A stretch of DNA of 64,000 bases, taken from assembly GCA_041395865.1 (NCBI GenBank), contig JAWKZQ010000006.1:6718-70717 (forward strand), in the 5' to 3' direction. This document shows positions 31,247-39,321 of the stretch, piece by piece. The DNA is from Pseudomonadales bacterium (GTDB lineage: Bacteria; Pseudomonadota; Gammaproteobacteria; Pseudomonadales; IMCC2047). The translations under genes and the position numbers were made by a program. How positions within the stretch are numbered: position 1 is the first letter of the stretch; each line of letters starts with the position of its first letter. The notes below the pieces were generated by a model. The model made no database searches. It worked only from the letters and a program-made list of their open reading frames with translations, and was not told where the DNA came from.

Positions 31247-32383
31247 TTGACGACTCTCTACGGATTAAGGAGAAACAGGGCTTTGATATTGTTGGCGAAA
31301 ATTCGACGCTGCCTCGCAGTGAGTCGGCGAACTGTGCTGCTGGCTACCCTGTTGATTTTCAGCGGCCTGCCAGCTGCCCATGCGGTTGAAGTGGCGGGAC
31401 TTTATGACGTGAATTTGCCCGTCGCCAGCCAACAGGTCTCGGATCGCACCAAGGCGGCACGTCGCGGCCTGGAACAGGTTATCCAGCGTATTAGCGGCTC
31501 GAGTGAAGCCTTGCTTAATCCGAATGTGCAGGCGGCACTACAGAACCCACAGCGCTATCTGCAGGAGTTCAGCTATTTTGTCGATGACGAGGCGCCGCGC
31601 CAGGACGCGCAACGATTGCGCCTGCGGTTTGACTCGGCGCTGGTTAATGGACTGTTGCGTGAGGCGAAGCAACCCATTTGGGGCAGCAATCGGCCTAACC
31701 TGGCCGTCTGGCTGGCTGAGGAACATGCAGGCAATCGCGCTATTGTCAGTGCTGACGATCAGTCCCGCTGGCAGCAGGCAATGCGACAGGCCGCTGAGGA
31801 CGTGGGCTTGCCGTTGCTGCTGCCTCTGATGGATCTGCAGGATGAAAGCAGTATTTCTGTCATGGATGTCTGGGGGCTGTTCCGCGACCGCCTGGAAGCG
31901 GCTTCCCAGCGTTATCGTGCTGAAGCCGTGCTGGGCGGACGGGTCTACCAGTCGGCCGGGCAATGGCAGGGGCGTTGGTTACTGATTTTCGGTGATCAGC
32001 CGGTCAGTTTCTCCACCTCGGGTGCGGAAAGGCAGTCCGTCGTCAACGGTGCCTTTGATCGTGTTGCTAAAATGTTTGCCAGCCACTATGCCATCGATAC
32101 CTCCCGACAAACTGATTCGCAATTGAAAATGAGCGTGGAGGGCGTTGACTCCCTGGCGGATTACGCTAGCCTGATTTCCTACTTGGAGGGCTTTGCCGTT
32201 GTCCGTCATGTGGCGGTGACTCGAGTCGAGGGTGAACGATTGACGCTGGTGCTGACGACGGAGTCAGACTGGCAGACCCTGAAGGAATTGATTGCCCTGG
32301 ATCGCTACCTTCAGCCCTTGCCGGATGCGGTAACCGAGTTTGAAGACGGCCTGATGCTGATGCCTTATATTTGGCGGCCCTGA
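31247..32383 (+). CDS. DUF2066-like periplasmic protein
   Basis: TTG start. Signal-like LLATLLIFSGLPAAHA-VEV. Position (divergent from the pur genes, upstream of the PgsA-like gene and hda) matches Pseudomonas synteny. Start codon uncertain. Confidence 0.6.
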   Translation: MTTLYGLRRNRALILLAKIRRCLAVSRRTVLLATLLIFSGLPAAHAVEVAGLYDVNLPVASQQVSDRTKAARRGLEQVIQRISGSSEALLNPNVQAALQNPQRYLQEFSYFVDDEAPRQDAQRLRLRFDSALVNGLLREAKQPIWGSNRPNLAVWLAEEHAGNRAIVSADDQSRWQQAMRQAAEDVGLPLLLPLMDLQDESSISVMDVWGLFRDRLEAASQRYRAEAVLGGRVYQSAGQWQGRWLLIFGDQPVSFSTSGAERQSVVNGAFDRVAKMFASHYAIDTSRQTDSQLKMSVEGVDSLADYASLISYLEGFAVVRHVAVTRVEGERLTLVLTTESDWQTLKELIALDRYLQPLPDAVTEFEDGLMLMPYIWRP

Positions 32384-32416
32384 AACCAAGCGTGACCGTG
32401 GAGCTTTGTAAGAACG

Positions 32417-32980
32417 TTGGACCTGAGTATTATTCCTAACCTGATCACACTGATGCGCCTCCTATTGGTGGCGCCTGTGGCGGTGGCGATCCTCAATAAC
32501 GAATTTTGGCTGACACTGGTGTTGTTTGCTATCGCCAGTGTTTCCGATGGCGTGGACGGCTATCTTGCCCGGCGTTTCAACTGGACCAGCCGGTTTGGGG
32601 CCATCCTCGACCCGATCGCCGATAAGTTAATGCTGATCGTGGCGTTCCTGCTGTTGACCTATATCGGCATTTTTCCCGTCTGGCTCGCGTTGATCGTGAT
32701 CTGCCGGGACATGGTTATTATTAGCGGTGCGACCGTGTACCACTTGATGTTCGGCGAGTATGACTTTTTACCCTCTTACCTGGGCAAGCTCAGCACGCTG
32801 TTGCAGTTCTCGCTGGTACTGGTCAACCTGGTAAATCTGGCCATTTTCGATATGCCCGAGTGGTTGCTGGAGGGCGGAATTTGGGCGGTCTTCGTTGTGA
32901 GCCTGCTGAGCGGTTTGCACTACGTTATTACCTGGGGCCGTAAAGCCATCACAGCCAGTAAAGCGGCACGCCATGAATAA
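32417..32980 (+). CDS. CDP-alcohol phosphatidyltransferase family protein (PgsA-like)
   Basis: Motif DGxDGxLAR...G...D...D (SDGVDGYLARRFNWTSRFGAILDPIADK). 187 aa polytopic. TTG start. Confidence 0.8.
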   Translation: MDLSIIPNLITLMRLLLVAPVAVAILNNEFWLTLVLFAIASVSDGVDGYLARRFNWTSRFGAILDPIADKLMLIVAFLLLTYIGIFPVWLALIVICRDMVIISGATVYHLMFGEYDFLPSYLGKLSTLLQFSLVLVNLVNLAIFDMPEWLLEGGIWAVFVVSLLSGLHYVITWGRKAITASKAARHE

Positions 32981-33674
32981 TCTTCACCCACAGATTCCTC
33001 TCAGCTTTCGGCCCAAGGATACCCTGACTTTTGAAAACTTTGTGACGGGGGCTAACCAGGATGTTGTCGAGGCCCTCTACAGTCAGCTCACCACGCCTGA
33101 TATGCCGTTACTCTATCTCTGGGGCGCTGAGGGTTCCGGTTGTAGCCATCTGTTACAGGCGGCCTGTCACCGCGCCAGTCAATTGCAGCGCACCGCTATC
33201 TATCTGCCGCTGGACGAGCTTTGCCACTTTGAGCCGGCTATTCTGGAGGGGATTGATGCGATGGAGCTGGTTTGCCTGGATCACCTGCAGGCCATTGCCG
33301 GACTCGGCGATTGGGAGGAGGCGCTTTTCCATCTGTTCAACCGGATGCTCGAGCAGCAAAGTGCGTTATTGGTGGCTGCTACGCAACCCCCGCGAGGTGT
33401 CGGGTTGCAACTTGCCGACTTACAGTCGCGCCTGGCTTCCTGTGCCGTCTTCAAGGTGTCTGGGCTGGATGATGCCAACAAGGTTCGCTTATTGAAGGAT
33501 CGGGCCGCGGACAAGGGACTGGAGCTTAATGATGAAGCGGCACATTATATTCTCAATCGCAGCGATCGAAGTCTTGAGGCGCTGTTGAAAAACCTTGATT
33601 TTCTAGATCGCTCTTCGTTGTCGGCAGGCCGGCGTCTGACCATCCCCTTTATTAAACAGGCCATGAATTGGTAG
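32973..33674 (+). CDS. hda: DnaA regulatory inactivator Hda
   Basis: 233 aa. AAA+ Walker A-like LYLWGAEGSGCSHLL. N-terminal QIPLSF (clamp-binding-like). 8-nt overlap with the upstream gene. Confidence 0.8.
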   Translation: MNNLHPQIPLSFRPKDTLTFENFVTGANQDVVEALYSQLTTPDMPLLYLWGAEGSGCSHLLQAACHRASQLQRTAIYLPLDELCHFEPAILEGIDAMELVCLDHLQAIAGLGDWEEALFHLFNRMLEQQSALLVAATQPPRGVGLQLADLQSRLASCAVFKVSGLDDANKVRLLKDRAADKGLELNDEAAHYILNRSDRSLEALLKNLDFLDRSSLSAGRRLTIPFIKQAMNW

Positions 33675-33764
33675 ACTGCTCGCAAGCCGCTTGCCATCTG
33701 GGTTGCGCGGGTTCAATATTAAGCACATTCAAGGTATCCAACCTACCCATTAAGGAGCGTGGAT

Positions 33765-34103
33765 ATGTCTGAGCGCCGAGGTGATTTGAGAGGGGCACGT
33801 GAAGAACGCCTGTTCATCAAAGTTTTATCCTGTGATGCTAACCCCGATGCCGAGTCGCTGATTATCTCCGGTTCGACGGAGGATGTTTCCGCCAGTGGCT
33901 TGAGCCTGACTGTGTCGGAAAGCCTGCCGGAGGCGACCGAGCTGGAGTTGTGGGTTGAAATTAAAGGCCTCCCGGGCAAGTTTTTGCTCAAGGGTACGGT
34001 GCGCTGGTGCCGTCCCAATGGCAGTGATTACATTTGTGGTATCGAATTCAAGGACGATGAGGAGCTTTCCGACCTGGCCGACTGGCAGGACCTTTTTGTG
34101 TAA
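33765..34103 (+). CDS. PilZ domain protein
   Basis: RRGDLR (RxxxR) and DVSASG (D/NxSxxG) c-di-GMP-binding motifs. AAGGAG 7 nt before the ATG at 33765. Confidence 0.8.
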   Translation: MSERRGDLRGAREERLFIKVLSCDANPDAESLIISGSTEDVSASGLSLTVSESLPEATELELWVEIKGLPGKFLLKGTVRWCRPNGSDYICGIEFKDDEELSDLADWQDLFV

Positions 34104-34193
34104 CTGATTATTCGGTTGCATTCGGTCTGGATTCCCGGTCCGTTACCGGCTTTCGCCGGTGAATAAATTCCAAACAGTTTTAGAGGAGCTTTC

Positions 34194-35207
34194 ATGTTAA
34201 AGCGAACGGCCCTTTGCGGTCTTTTTTTATCCATAGCGCAGACGGCGCAGGCCGATCAGGTGTTTTTGAGTAATGGCGATAGCCTGCAAGGCAATGTCGT
34301 TACGCTGAAGGAAGGCAAGCTGATTTTCAATTCACCCTTGCTGGGGGAGTTGAAAATCCCGATGAGCAGTGTGAGCAGTTTCTCAACGGATCAGCCTATC
34401 GAACTGCATTTGCAGAATGGCTCAGTCAGTAAACCTGTGCTTGGCGCTGCACCGGCGGGTTATATTCAGCCGGAAGGAAGCAGCGAACCGATTGCCTTAG
34501 CCGGAATTTCTGCCCTGAACCCGCCGCCGGAGAAAGCCGTAGAGTGGAAAGGCAAGCTGTTCGCCGGCTTGAATATCGAAACGGGTAATACCGAAGCCCA
34601 GGATATTGACCTGAATGTGAAATCAACGCGGGAGACGAAAAAAGACCGTATTATCCTGAGTCTGCACTATGAAGAGGACCGCCGGGAAGAAGAGGATACA
34701 GACGACCTGACAACCAGCAAACGCCGTACATCCGTCGGTGCCCACTATGATTACTTCTGGTCGCCCAAGCATTATTTATATGCCGATAGTAAAGCGGAAC
34801 GGGAAACCACAGCGGATATCGAGAGACGCCTGATATTGGGTGGCGGTACCGGTTATCGCTGGGTTGAGACGCCGCGCACACGATTTGAGGTTGAGGGCGG
34901 TCTGTCCTGGGTCAGCGAGAGCTTTACCGACGATACCCGAGATAACGACTACACGGCGCTGCGAACGGCTACGCGTTGGACCCATGATCTGAATGACGAC
35001 ATTAGTTTCTTTAACGAAATGGAGTGGCTGGCGAGCCTGGCCGACAGCGAAGACCAACTTTTCTCAATGGATACCGGCCTGGCTTACCAGGTTAACGGCA
35101 GTTTGTCGCTCGAGGCGAGGCTGCACTATGACTGGGATAAATCCCCGGCCATTGGTAACGAGAAGGAGGATACGCAATATGTATTCGGCGTCAGCTGGGG
35201 CTTCTAG
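34194..35207 (+). CDS. DUF481-family outer-membrane beta-barrel protein (YdiY-like)
   Basis: Signal peptide ending AQA-D. Alternating beta-strand pattern. C-terminal YVFGVSWGF, an aromatic terminal residue typical of outer-membrane proteins. Confidence 0.7.
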   Translation: MLKRTALCGLFLSIAQTAQADQVFLSNGDSLQGNVVTLKEGKLIFNSPLLGELKIPMSSVSSFSTDQPIELHLQNGSVSKPVLGAAPAGYIQPEGSSEPIALAGISALNPPPEKAVEWKGKLFAGLNIETGNTEAQDIDLNVKSTRETKKDRIILSLHYEEDRREEEDTDDLTTSKRRTSVGAHYDYFWSPKHYLYADSKAERETTADIERRLILGGGTGYRWVETPRTRFEVEGGLSWVSESFTDDTRDNDYTALRTATRWTHDLNDDISFFNEMEWLASLADSEDQLFSMDTGLAYQVNGSLSLEARLHYDWDKSPAIGNEKEDTQYVFGVSWGF

Positions 35208-35233
35208 GATTTTGCTTTGCCGCTGACAAAAAA

Positions 35234-35259
35234 GGGCCGCTGATTGAGCGGCCCTTTTT
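35234..35259. terminator. bidirectional rho-independent terminator
   Basis: GGGCCGCT-GATTG-AGCGGCCC flanked by AAAAAA and TTTTT, between convergent genes. Confidence 0.85.
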
Positions 35260-35272
35260 ATTTGCGTGTTCT

Positions 35273-35710
35273 TTACCGGTAAATGGATTTTGGTTTGCGA
35301 TGCAGCAGGATCAAAATCAGGCTTGAAACCCATACGCCGCAGGCCATGAAAAAGAGTACGCCGCCATCGGTGTTACCGGCCTCATCAATGATGCGATCGA
35401 GACCCAGCGGGGTGGCCAGGTGGAAGAAAATGGCGCCTGACATAATAATCAGGGCGAGAATGGCGCCGATTCTTCTGCTTGCAGGAATTAATAAAAGAAC
35501 ACTGGTCAGCAGCTCGGCTCCGCCAACAGCCCAACCGCCATAGTTTTTAAAGAAAGGGGCGAGGAAAGACAGGAAGTTACCGCTCATCCAGTTACTGATG
35601 GTTTCGAAGATGATAACGGTCTCGATTGAGCCCGCGAATTTGAAGAACAGGGACTGAATAAAGACGAAACAGATATAAAGCACCAGAACCCAGCTGATAA
35701 ATTTTTTCAT
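35273..35710 (-). CDS. DoxX-family membrane protein
   Basis: 145 aa with 4 TM helices and a DoxX-like pattern (GGWAVGGAELLTSVLLLIP). Confidence 0.65.
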   Translation of the reverse strand: MKKFISWVLVLYICFVFIQSLFFKFAGSIETVIIFETISNWMSGNFLSFLAPFFKNYGGWAVGGAELLTSVLLLIPASRRIGAILALIIMSGAIFFHLATPLGLDRIIDEAGNTDGGVLFFMACGVWVSSLILILLHRKPKSIYR

Positions 35711-35809
35711 TATTTTTACGGCCTCCCGGCCTTGGTTGAAGTTAATGGGCTGCCCTAATGGACAGGCAGCACCATGTTGGGTTCCGTAGCTGGATATGAG
35801 GAATTGGGT

Positions 35810-36667
35810 TTAAAGGTTGATTGCCTGTACGCGTTCGAATTGTTCGGCTGCGTCGCCGGGTTCCGCTTTCAGGTTTGCGAAGTCAAAGAGATCCCGGTCG
35901 GCCAGTTGCGAGGGCGCTACGTTTTGGATGCTTTTGAAAATAACGTCCAGGCGACCCGGGTGTTGTTTATTCCAGCTTTGCAGCATTTCCTTGATGACCT
36001 GGCGTTGCAGGCCTTCCTGCGAACCGCAAAGGTTACAGGGGATAATGGGGAACTGTTTGTGTTCGGCAAAGGCCTGAATATCCGATTCCTTGCAATAGGC
36101 CAGCGGACGAATCAGTACATTCTTCTTATCGTCGCTCAACAGCTTGGGAGGCATGGCCTTGAGCTTTCCACCGTAAAACATGTTCAGGAACAGGGTTTCC
36201 ATGATGTCGTCCCGGTGATGGCCCAGCGCGACTTTGGTGGCGCCGATTTCATTGGCAAAGCCGTACAGGCTGCCGCGACGCAGCCTTGAGCACAAGGCAC
36301 AGGTGGTTTTCCCTTCCGGCGTTTTGTCGCGCACAATGCTGTAGGTGTCCTTCTCCAGGATGTAGTAGGGCTGGTCGATGGACTCCAGGTAATTGGGCAA
36401 CACCTCTTCAGGAAACCCGGGCTGCTTCTGGTCCAGGTTAACGGCGACAATTTCAAATTTTACCGGGGCATGCTGTTGCAGGTTACGAAGGATGTCGAGC
36501 AGGGTGTAAGAGTCTTTACCCCCGGACAGGCATACCATCACCTTATCGCCGTCTTCGATCATGTTGTAATCGGCAATGGCATTGCCGACTTGGCGGCGCA
36601 GGCGTTTCTGCAGTTTATTGAACTCGGTTTTCGAGCGGCTTTCTTGCTGGGATTGGGAGGCGGGCAT
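35810..36667 (-). CDS. ttcA: tRNA 2-thiocytidine(32) synthetase
   Basis: PP-loop [11 protein letters not shown], plus [10 protein letters not shown] and CNLCGSQ cysteine motifs. Confidence 0.9.
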   Translation of the reverse strand: MPASQSQQESRSKTEFNKLQKRLRRQVGNAIADYNMIEDGDKVMVCLSGGKDSYTLLDILRNLQQHAPVKFEIVAVNLDQKQPGFPEEVLPNYLESIDQPYYILEKDTYSIVRDKTPEGKTTCALCSRLRRGSLYGFANEIGATKVALGHHRDDIMETLFLNMFYGGKLKAMPPKLLSDDKKNVLIRPLAYCKESDIQAFAEHKQFPIIPCNLCGSQEGLQRQVIKEMLQSWNKQHPGRLDVIFKSIQNVAPSQLADRDLFDFANLKAEPGDAAEQFERVQAINL

Positions 36668-36739
36668 GGCATGTATCGGTTGCTGGATCGGGGTGGTTTT
36701 TTTACAGGAAAGTGCTTTTAAAGTAAAGGGTTAGCGGTT

Positions 36740-36753
36740 TTGATTTAGATCAA
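36740..36753. promoter_or_regulatory. perfect FNR/Anr box TTGAT-N4-ATCAA in the ttcA / hsp20 divergent intergenic region
   Basis: TTGATTTAGATCAA at 36740-36753. It is embedded between two perfect 12-nt direct repeats AGCGGTTTTGAT (36733-36744 and 36759-36770). Confidence 0.6.
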
Positions 36754-36849
36754 ATCAAAGCGGTTTTGATGCGGGGGATAGCAACGCGAGGGGGGGCTCT
36801 TTGTCTAAGGAATCGTAACTCAACACACGTCGATTAAGGAGGCGTCATA

Positions 36850-37299
36850 ATGAGCTTGTTACCAAAAAAATCAGGCGTTCATTCACCTTTCAGCCTGTTT
36901 GATGATGACTTCAGTGACCTGATGCAGGGGTTCTTTTTCCCGATGCGTCGCGAGGGCGGAGAAAGAACCCAGATGCCACGCATTGATGTTAAGGAAATGG
37001 AAACGGCTTTTGAGATCAAGGCCGATCTTCCGGGCATGAAAAAGGACAATATTGAACTTACCGTCCATAACGGTGTGCTGACGATTTCAGCAACCCAGGA
37101 AGACGAGCACAAGGAGGAGAAGGAAGGTGAGTTAATTCGCCGGGAACGCGCCTACGGCCGTTATATGAGACAAATCCCACTGGGAAATCATATTGACGAA
37201 AAGGCCGTGCATGCCAGTTTCGAGGATGGCGTGCTACAGGTAACGGTGCCCAAGCTTGAAGCGGTGGAAGCAGGAAAGGTGAAAGTGGCTATTAAGTAG
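36850..37299 (+). CDS. Hsp20/alpha-crystallin small heat-shock protein
   Basis: 149 aa with an alpha-crystallin domain (PRIDVKEMETAFEIKADLPGMKKDNIELTVHNGVLTISA ... GVLQVTVPK). AAGGAGG RBS. Confidence 0.9.
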   Translation: MSLLPKKSGVHSPFSLFDDDFSDLMQGFFFPMRREGGERTQMPRIDVKEMETAFEIKADLPGMKKDNIELTVHNGVLTISATQEDEHKEEKEGELIRRERAYGRYMRQIPLGNHIDEKAVHASFEDGVLQVTVPKLEAVEAGKVKVAIK

Positions 37300-37314
37300 T
37301 ACTGCGTTGAAGTG

Positions 37315-37343
37315 AAGACGGCCGCAACTTGCGGCCGTCTTTA
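37315..37343. terminator. rho-independent terminator between hsp20 and fnr (convergent)
   Basis: AAGACGGCCGC-AACTT-GCGGCCGTCTT perfect 11-bp stem. Confidence 0.8.
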
Positions 37344-37364
37344 TGATTGGGCTGACAAATAGGA

Positions 37365-38177
37365 CTAGTTGGCTGCCGCAGGGGCTTCAGGGCTATTATT
37401 GCCCTTTGGGTCGCCGAATAGACAGCCACCGGCGGCCGTGGAAAGGGCCTCTTCGCTGCGGATTTCTACGGCACGACCATTGACTTCAATGGCACCTGAC
37501 TTTTGCAGACGGGAGAAAATACGGCTGACCGTCTCGACTGCCAGGCCTAGGTAATTGGCAATTTCGTTACGCGACATACCAAGATAAATAAAGTCGGCCG
37601 CATAGCCCCGGCGCTGGATTCGGGATGATAAATCCAGCAGGAAGTTGGCGACGCGCGCTTCGGCATCCTTCTGGCTCAACAGCATCATCATCTGCATATC
37701 TTGACGAATGGTTTTACTCATCGAGTGAATGATCTGACGCTTGAGTTCAGGGATTTCGTCGGTCAACTCTTCAAACTTGGGGTAGGGGATCTCACAGACC
37801 GTGGTCGTTTCAATGGCAATTGCATTGACCGGGTAAGTGTCTGTATCAATGCCGCTCAAACCGATCAATTCGCCGGGTAGATAAAAACCTGTGATCTGCT
37901 CTTCGCCTGTGTCAGTCACCAGGTAGGTCTTGACGCAGCCACTGCGCAGGGCAAACAGGGAACCGAAGGCCTCTCCTTGCCGGAACAGGGTTTCGCCTTT
38001 CTTGAAAGGGCGCCCACGGGCAATAATGGAGTCGAGCTGTTCCAGGTCCTTGCTGGTGAGCGATAAGGGCAGGCATAACGAACGCAGCGTACAGCTTTGG
38101 CAGGTTGTTTCCCTGAATGACTGGTGCTTAATGGCGGTAACTTTAGATTTATCCACGGGGTCCCTGATTTGGATCAA
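37365..38177 (-). CDS. fnr: FNR/Anr-family oxygen-sensing transcriptional regulator
   Basis: N-terminal Cys cluster CQSCTLRSLC, a CRP-like effector domain, and HTH RNEIANYLGLAVETVSRIFSRL with the E--SR recognition motif. Confidence 0.9.
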   Translation of the reverse strand: MIQIRDPVDKSKVTAIKHQSFRETTCQSCTLRSLCLPLSLTSKDLEQLDSIIARGRPFKKGETLFRQGEAFGSLFALRSGCVKTYLVTDTGEEQITGFYLPGELIGLSGIDTDTYPVNAIAIETTTVCEIPYPKFEELTDEIPELKRQIIHSMSKTIRQDMQMMMLLSQKDAEARVANFLLDLSSRIQRRGYAADFIYLGMSRNEIANYLGLAVETVSRIFSRLQKSGAIEVNGRAVEIRSEEALSTAAGGCLFGDPKGNNSPEAPAAAN

Positions 38178-38239
38178 AGAGTTGATAAGTTAAACGAATT
38201 TTATGCGCCAGACAGGTATAACACAAGCTAACAGGCCTG

Positions 38240-39103
38240 TTATTGTGGCCGGTTGTCTGAGTCCATCATCTGCATGGAGTGGGGTGGCTGTTCGCCAGCC
38301 GGCATATCCATTTCGTCGTGCATATGCTGGTCGGGGCTTTCGTGGTCTTGATGGTGTTCCGGCAATGAGTGATCCTGATGCTGCATTTCCGGTTGATGCG
38401 AATGATGCTGTTGGTGGCTGCTGTGGCCGGATAGGCTGTGAATGGGCATTGTCCACAGACCAAAGGCAATGATGAGAACCCCGGCAGCGCTGCGTACCCC
38501 CCGGTTTTGTAACAGTTTTTTTATGCCTTCCAGCAACATGCCGGTGGCGAGCACAGCCGGCAGGGTTCCCAAACCAAAGAACAGCATAATCATCGCGGAT
38601 TGCTGCCATTGCCCCGCTGTTGCAGCCCAGGTCAGGGTGCTATAGACCAGGCCACAGGGAATCCAGCCCCATAAAGTGCCGACAAGCAGGGCGCGCAGTG
38701 GCGACTTAACGGGCATTAGTGCGGACAGGGCTGGCTGGATACGCTTCCATAAAACACTGCCAGCGGTTTCCAGATGCCGCAATACCGACCACCAGTTGGC
38801 CAGGTACAGGCCCATGGCAACCAGCATCAAACCTGCCAGAAAACGCAGTATCGTGCCCAATAATGGAAATTGGCCCGCGAGCAACCAGCTGGTGGCGCCG
38901 ATAATGGCGCCAGCCAGGGTGTAGCTCAGAATGCGACCTATGTTGTAGCAAAGCAGCAGTGGCAGGAGTTTTGCCGGGACACGTTTTTCGGGCGGCACGG
39001 CATAGGCCAGGGCGCCCATGATACCGCCGCACATGCCGACGCAGTGGGCGCTGCCGAACAGGCCGATCACAAAGGCAGCGGACAGGGTTAGGCTTTCAGG
39101 CAT
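38240..39103 (-). CDS. TauE/SafE-like (DsbD_2-type) membrane protein with His/Met-rich C-terminal tail
   Basis: GSAHCVGMCGG motif in TM1 and multiple TM helices. The last ~65 aa are rich in H, Q, D, M (HSSHQQHHSHQPEMQHQDHSLPEHHQDHESPDQHMHDEMDM). Confidence 0.7.
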   Translation of the reverse strand: MPESLTLSAAFVIGLFGSAHCVGMCGGIMGALAYAVPPEKRVPAKLLPLLLCYNIGRILSYTLAGAIIGATSWLLAGQFPLLGTILRFLAGLMLVAMGLYLANWWSVLRHLETAGSVLWKRIQPALSALMPVKSPLRALLVGTLWGWIPCGLVYSTLTWAATAGQWQQSAMIMLFFGLGTLPAVLATGMLLEGIKKLLQNRGVRSAAGVLIIAFGLWTMPIHSLSGHSSHQQHHSHQPEMQHQDHSLPEHHQDHESPDQHMHDEMDMPAGEQPPHSMQMMDSDNRPQ

Positions 39104-39105
39104 GG

Positions 39106-39321
39106 TCAGGCATCTTCCTTGGCGTCATCGCCGGATTTGGGTGCTTGGTCCTGCTGCGGCGAATTTTTCTTCTTGGGTGCCGGGCTGTCATCGAACAGAA
39201 TACTGTGGGCGGGGCCTTCAAGGTCCTCAAACTGATCGCTTTTTACGGCCCAGAAAAAGATCGCGACGCCAACGACTACCAGTATCAGGGCAATCGGAAT
39301 TAACAGGTAAATGGCTTCCAT
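39106..39321 (-). CDS. ccoS: cbb3-type cytochrome oxidase assembly protein CcoS
   Basis: 71 aa, single TM helix, FFWAVKSDQFEDLEGPAHSILFDD motif. Confidence 0.85.
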   Translation of the reverse strand: MEAIYLLIPIALILVVVGVAIFFWAVKSDQFEDLEGPAHSILFDDSPAPKKKNSPQQDQAPKSGDDAKEDA

